Below, in pieces: positions 59,097 to 64,000 of a stretch of 64,000 nt of DNA. The notes under the pieces are model-generated. The model had not been told where the DNA came from and did no database searches. It saw only the letters and a program-made list of their open reading frames with translations. The stretch is taken from the NCBI RefSeq assembly GCF_009914755.1, contig NC_060940.1. One strand, 5' to 3'. This stretch comes from the human T2T-CHM13v2.0 reference genome, Homo sapiens. Numbering within the stretch: the stretch's first letter is position 1; the number at the start of each line of letters is the position of its first letter. The translations under genes and the position numbers were made by a program.

Positions 59097-59128
59097 AGAA
59101 ATAGGGAGGGACAGAGAGAGAGAGAGAG
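58773..59128 (+). repeat. Compound microsatellite: (TA)n-(GATATA)n-degenerate GATA/GATG-(AGAT)11-(GA)n
   Basis: Read directly; pure AGAT run at 59051-59094. Confidence 0.93.
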
Positions 59129-59129
59129 A

Positions 59130-59645
59130 AATAATGTGGACATGTCTTCTCCCTGCTTAAAATGCCCCGGGCTCCCTGCTGCAGAATCAACTTCCTCTCC
59201 ACTGCATAGCGAACTCCGTCCCTGTCCTGCCTCCTGCCACCGTCGGCCCCTCCAGCTCTCCTGCCCTCCCATTGCCCTCCCTGCCTCAGCCACCCTGGTC
59301 TCCTGGCTATTCCACAAGCACTGTCTGGCTCCTTCCAGCTGTCGGACACACAGGTCCCTCTGCCTGCAAAGCTCTTCATTTGACTCCTCACCCTTTAGGT
59401 CCCAGCTCCGTGGTTTCTCAAAGCGCTGACTCTGAAGGAGTGCCCCTGCCCTGTTTCCTCCCCATCACCACATCTTCCTCCCTTGTTTGTTTTTGAGCTC
59501 ACTTACTGAATGATTCTCTCTCCCCTCAGACTGTGAGTCCCTGAGGCAGGGGCCGTTGTCTTGCCTGACTCCCTGCTGTCTCTCCAGCACCCACAGGGCT
59601 GACGTGCAGCAGATGCTCAATAAACACTCACCAAGGAATGAAAGA
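59130..59645 (+). mobile_element. L2 3' fragment
   Basis: agactgtgagtccctgaggcaggg...cagatgctcaataaacac terminus. Confidence 0.7.
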
Positions 59646-59719
59646 TGAAATCGTTCAGACTGTTGCCTTATCAAATGGGTCTGATGATTCTTTCACAAGG
59701 AGATGCTGCTTGAGGGGGC

Positions 59720-60875
59720 ACTAGGCATCAGGGCAGGGGGCGGATGTGGGGGCTGAGATTGGGGGTAGGGAGAGGGCTGCAGAGACTGGGATTGGGGGTG
59801 GAGAGGAGGGCTGTGGAGGCTGAGATTGGGGGCGGGGGGAGGGCTGCATGTACTGGGATTGGGGACGGGAGAGGGCTGCAGGGACTGGGATTGGGGGCGG
59901 AGGAGGGCTTTGGGGACTGGAATTGGAGGCTGGGGGAGTGCTACGGGGGGCTGGGATTGGGGGCACGGGAGCGCTGTGGAGGTTGGGATTGGGTGCCAGG
60001 GGAGGGCTGTGAGGACTGGGATTGGGGGTGGGGGAGGGCTGTGGCAGCTGGGGTTGGGGGCGTGGGAGAGGGCAGTGGGGTTGAGATTGGGAGCAGGGGG
60101 AGGGCTGTGGGGCTGAGATTGGGGGTGGGGGGGCAGTGGGGCTGAGACTGGGGGTGGGTGGAAGGCTGTGGCTCTGAGTTTGGGGGTGGGGGGAGGGCAG
60201 TGGGGCTGGGATTGGGGGTAGGGGGAAGGCTGTGGGCACTGGGATTGGGGGTGGGAGGAGGGCTGTGGGCACTGGGATTGGGGGTGGGGGAAGGGCTGTG
60301 GGCACTGGGATTGGGGTGGGGGAGGGCTGTGGGCACTGGGATTGGGGGTGGGGGGAGGGCTGTGGGCACTGGGATTGGGGGTGGGGGGAGGGCTGTGGGC
60401 ACTGGGATTGGGGGTGGGGGGAGGGCTGTGGGCACTGGGATTGGGGTGGGGGGAGGGCTGTGGGCACTGGGATTGGGGTGGGGGGAGGGCTGTGGGCACT
60501 GGGATTGGGGTGGGGGGAGGGCTGTGGGCACTGGGATTGGGGGTGGGGGGAGGGCTGTGGGCACTGGGATTGGGGTGGGGGGAGGGCTGTGGGCACTGGG
60601 ATTGGGGTGGGGGGAGGGCTGTGGGCACTGGGATTGGGGTGGGGGGAGGGCTGTGGGCACTGGGATTGGGGTGGGGGGAGGGCTGTGGGCACTGGGATTG
60701 GGGTGGGGGGAGGGCTGTGGGCACTGGGATTGGGGGTGGGGGGAGGGCTGTGGGCACTGGGATTGGGGTGGGGGGAGGGCTGTGGGCACTGGGATTGGGG
60801 TGGGGGGAGGGCTGTGGGCACTGGGATTGGGGTGGGGGGAGGGCTGTGGGCACTGGGATTGGGGGTGGGGTGGAG
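59720..60875 (+). repeat. G-rich minisatellite (VNTR), unit GGGCACTGGGATTGGGG(G)TGGGGGGAGGGCTGT, 31-33 bp
   Basis: 20 near-identical units at 60234-60875 plus degenerate copies to the left. Confidence 0.95.
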
Positions 60876-61479
60876 GGGTTTTGCCATTTCCTCTGACCCT
60901 GAGAACTCTCGTTCTTAATTCCAGGGCTTGCTTTTCGGGCCACAGTGCCTTGACTCTTCCAGTGGTAGGGACCTCCACCCAGGCCCCCAGATGCCCCTAA
61001 GACAAGCCCCAAGGCCTCTTTCCACCCAGGGTTTCCCGCCTATTCTGCAGGGAGCCTGGGGAGGCTCACTCCCAAATAAGGGAGCTGAGGACATTCTGGA
61101 ATGCACCAGGATTCTCAACCTCTATCCCTGCTGTGTGCTTCCCGAGCCCGTCTCTGATGATTTCTTCACTCTGTTGTCCCTGCAGCAGGAGTTCTCCAAA
61201 CACATCCATCCCCTGGTTTCTGATCCCCTCTTCCAGGAAGCCCTCCAAGCTAGCACAGACATGATACCATGATGTGTGAGCCCATGGTTCACTTCAGCAC
61301 CATCTCCTGTCCCTCACAGGCCAAAATTGGGCTCTCTTCCCTCTCCTCTTCTCCAACAAGGCCTCCTCCCAAGCATCTTGGTTCACCACTGTCTCCTCCC
61401 CACTAGCAGAGCCATTTCTCATTCAGTTACTAGGATCACAGGATTTGGAATCAGACAGACCTGTGTTTAAATCTCTGCC

Positions 61480-61820
61480 TTCTTAGTTTGGATTCCCCAG
61501 CAGCAGACCCACAGGTAAGAATTTGAGTGCCCATGATATATTTACAAGGTACAGGGAAATTGGGCAGAGAGGAAAAGTGGGACAGGGATGGGAGGGGAGA
61601 GCCACTAAACCTGATGATCATTGACTCTTTATGCCTCAGGGGGATCCCACTCCAGGGTGAGGGAGCTGGGGCATCTATACACCAACTTCCCTGGCACTTC
61701 TAGCCTTCTATGGCTGGAGGTGGGGAAGCCTCCAGGCACAGAGATGCAGATACAGATAGATGCCACTGGAGCTTCCTAAAGGTCTGAGAGAGGTGGCCAG
61801 GGCACTGACAGTGTCTGCTG
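61480..61820. mobile_element. ERVL LTR16-like remnant
   Basis: tagtttggattccccc.agcagcagacc..ag..aagaatttgagtgc motif; appears to interrupt a MIR; approximate. Confidence 0.5.
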
Positions 61821-62402
61821 TGACTCCTCTGCCAGTGATTAGCTAAGCTATGTGACCTTGGGCAAGTTACTCCACCTCTCTGAGCCTTAATTTCCTCATA
61901 TGCAAAGTCTAGGCAGCAATCCCAGCTGTAGGGACTGGGGTAAGCAAGGATATGAGATCAGGCATGAAAAGCCCTTAGTACAGAGTGGGATGGGGTGGGG
62001 AACACGTGGTGGGCATTACAGCAGGCTCAGCCAAGATCTGACCATTTTAACTTTAATCTTACTTTGGTTCTTCTCTGCTTTGCTTTCTGATCCTGACATT
62101 TGTTTTCTGAGCAGTGCCCTAGATTCTGCCTCATGGTGTGCCCCACAGCAAAGTGTTTGAAGTGAATGCATCTAAGCTGCCAAGAGTATCCTCAGCTCAA
62201 ACAACTCCTGTCCACGGTCACCTCCCTGCCTCGGCTCCTTCTAGCCAGGACTGTCCTCCCTCAGACCAGTGGCTAACCCAGGCCTGGCCTTGAGCTGGGT
62301 TTTCCCTGCCTGCTCCCTGGAACTCCAGTCTCTTCCTTCCTTTCTTAGCATCCCATCCCGACTGGGAAGCCTGTGGGGAGAGCTGCGTGCAGGGGCTTGC
62401 TA

Positions 62403-62867
<465 letters not shown>

Positions 62868-63179
62868 TCATGCAACTAATCAGTTAGAGGCAGAATAGGA
62901 AGGCAAACCCATCATTCTGTCAAAAAGAGGAAAATAAATTATTTGCGAATGGTATATATCAAAAGATGTTTACAGTTTCATTTGTTTTCAGAATTATACA
63001 TTGAAATGCACAGAAATTATTTTGGCAGAATACACACCAAAAAGTTAACGGTGATTATCCCTACATAATGAATATAGGGAATTAACTCCGGAGGCTTCTT
63101 TTTGCTAACTTTATTTTCTGATGGGGGGCAACAGGCTCTTCTTCGCTAAGCAGCATTTCCCTCCCCTCCGCCCACCCCA

Positions 63180-63757
<578 letters not shown>

Positions 63758-64000
63758 TAAAACACTTCCTAAAGATAATTCTGCGTACTATCAAAGCCCC
63801 AGTCTCCCAAATTCTGGTACAGTGTTCTTCCCCACCAACAATTGCAAGAGCTTCTCAGTGTGGTTTCTCTCTCCTCCATCATCTCAGGGTTGTGGTGGTC
63901 CCAGAGCAAGCAGACTCTGCGGGGTGGCAGCAGAGGAGAAGCATGGAGCAGAGGCTGTTGAGGACCTGGACAGTGGAGGCAGGTGCATGGCCTCTGACAC

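Noticed and set aside
60234-60875. Regular ~32-bp repeats resembling a CRISPR array
   Set aside because: No unique spacers and no cas genes; a eukaryotic head-to-tail minisatellite.
59693-61012. Long Pro-rich and Gly/Trp-rich ORFs (up to 439 aa) on both strands
   Set aside because: Translations of the G-rich VNTR, open in many frames because the unit lacks stops; not genes.

Overview
Human (primate) genomic DNA rich in Alu, MIR and L2 repeats, with two convergent genes. On the + strand are the last 13 exons of KATNIP/KIAA0556 (4581-33626; about 744 C-terminal residues; poly(A) signals at 35311 and 35344). They splice into one stop-free frame containing three copies of a WGD..YxGLxGxE / LID / HxWL / WNYxK..RG module. 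On the - strand are the last two exons of GSG1L (62631-62564 and 46469-46372), with a 3'UTR of about 3.8 kb ending near 42520. Gene identities come from recalled protein sequences plus hand-checked splice sites and frames. Most notable observations: (1) two consecutive U12-type (GTATCCTT) introns in KATNIP, the first with a branch site that overlaps an AATAAA; (2) a frame-symmetric 723-nt exon between inverted Alus, a candidate circRNA with an endless ORF; (3) a terminal KATNIP intron that stays open in frame; (4) a 1.3-kb YCAY-rich array in the GSG1L 3'UTR, downstream of an L2-derived proximal poly(A) signal; (5) a ~78-nt near-perfect hairpin and a G-quadruplex-type 32/33-bp VNTR in the GSG1L intron. 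I found no convincing new protein-coding system. Most ORFs in the track are spurious or repeat-derived.
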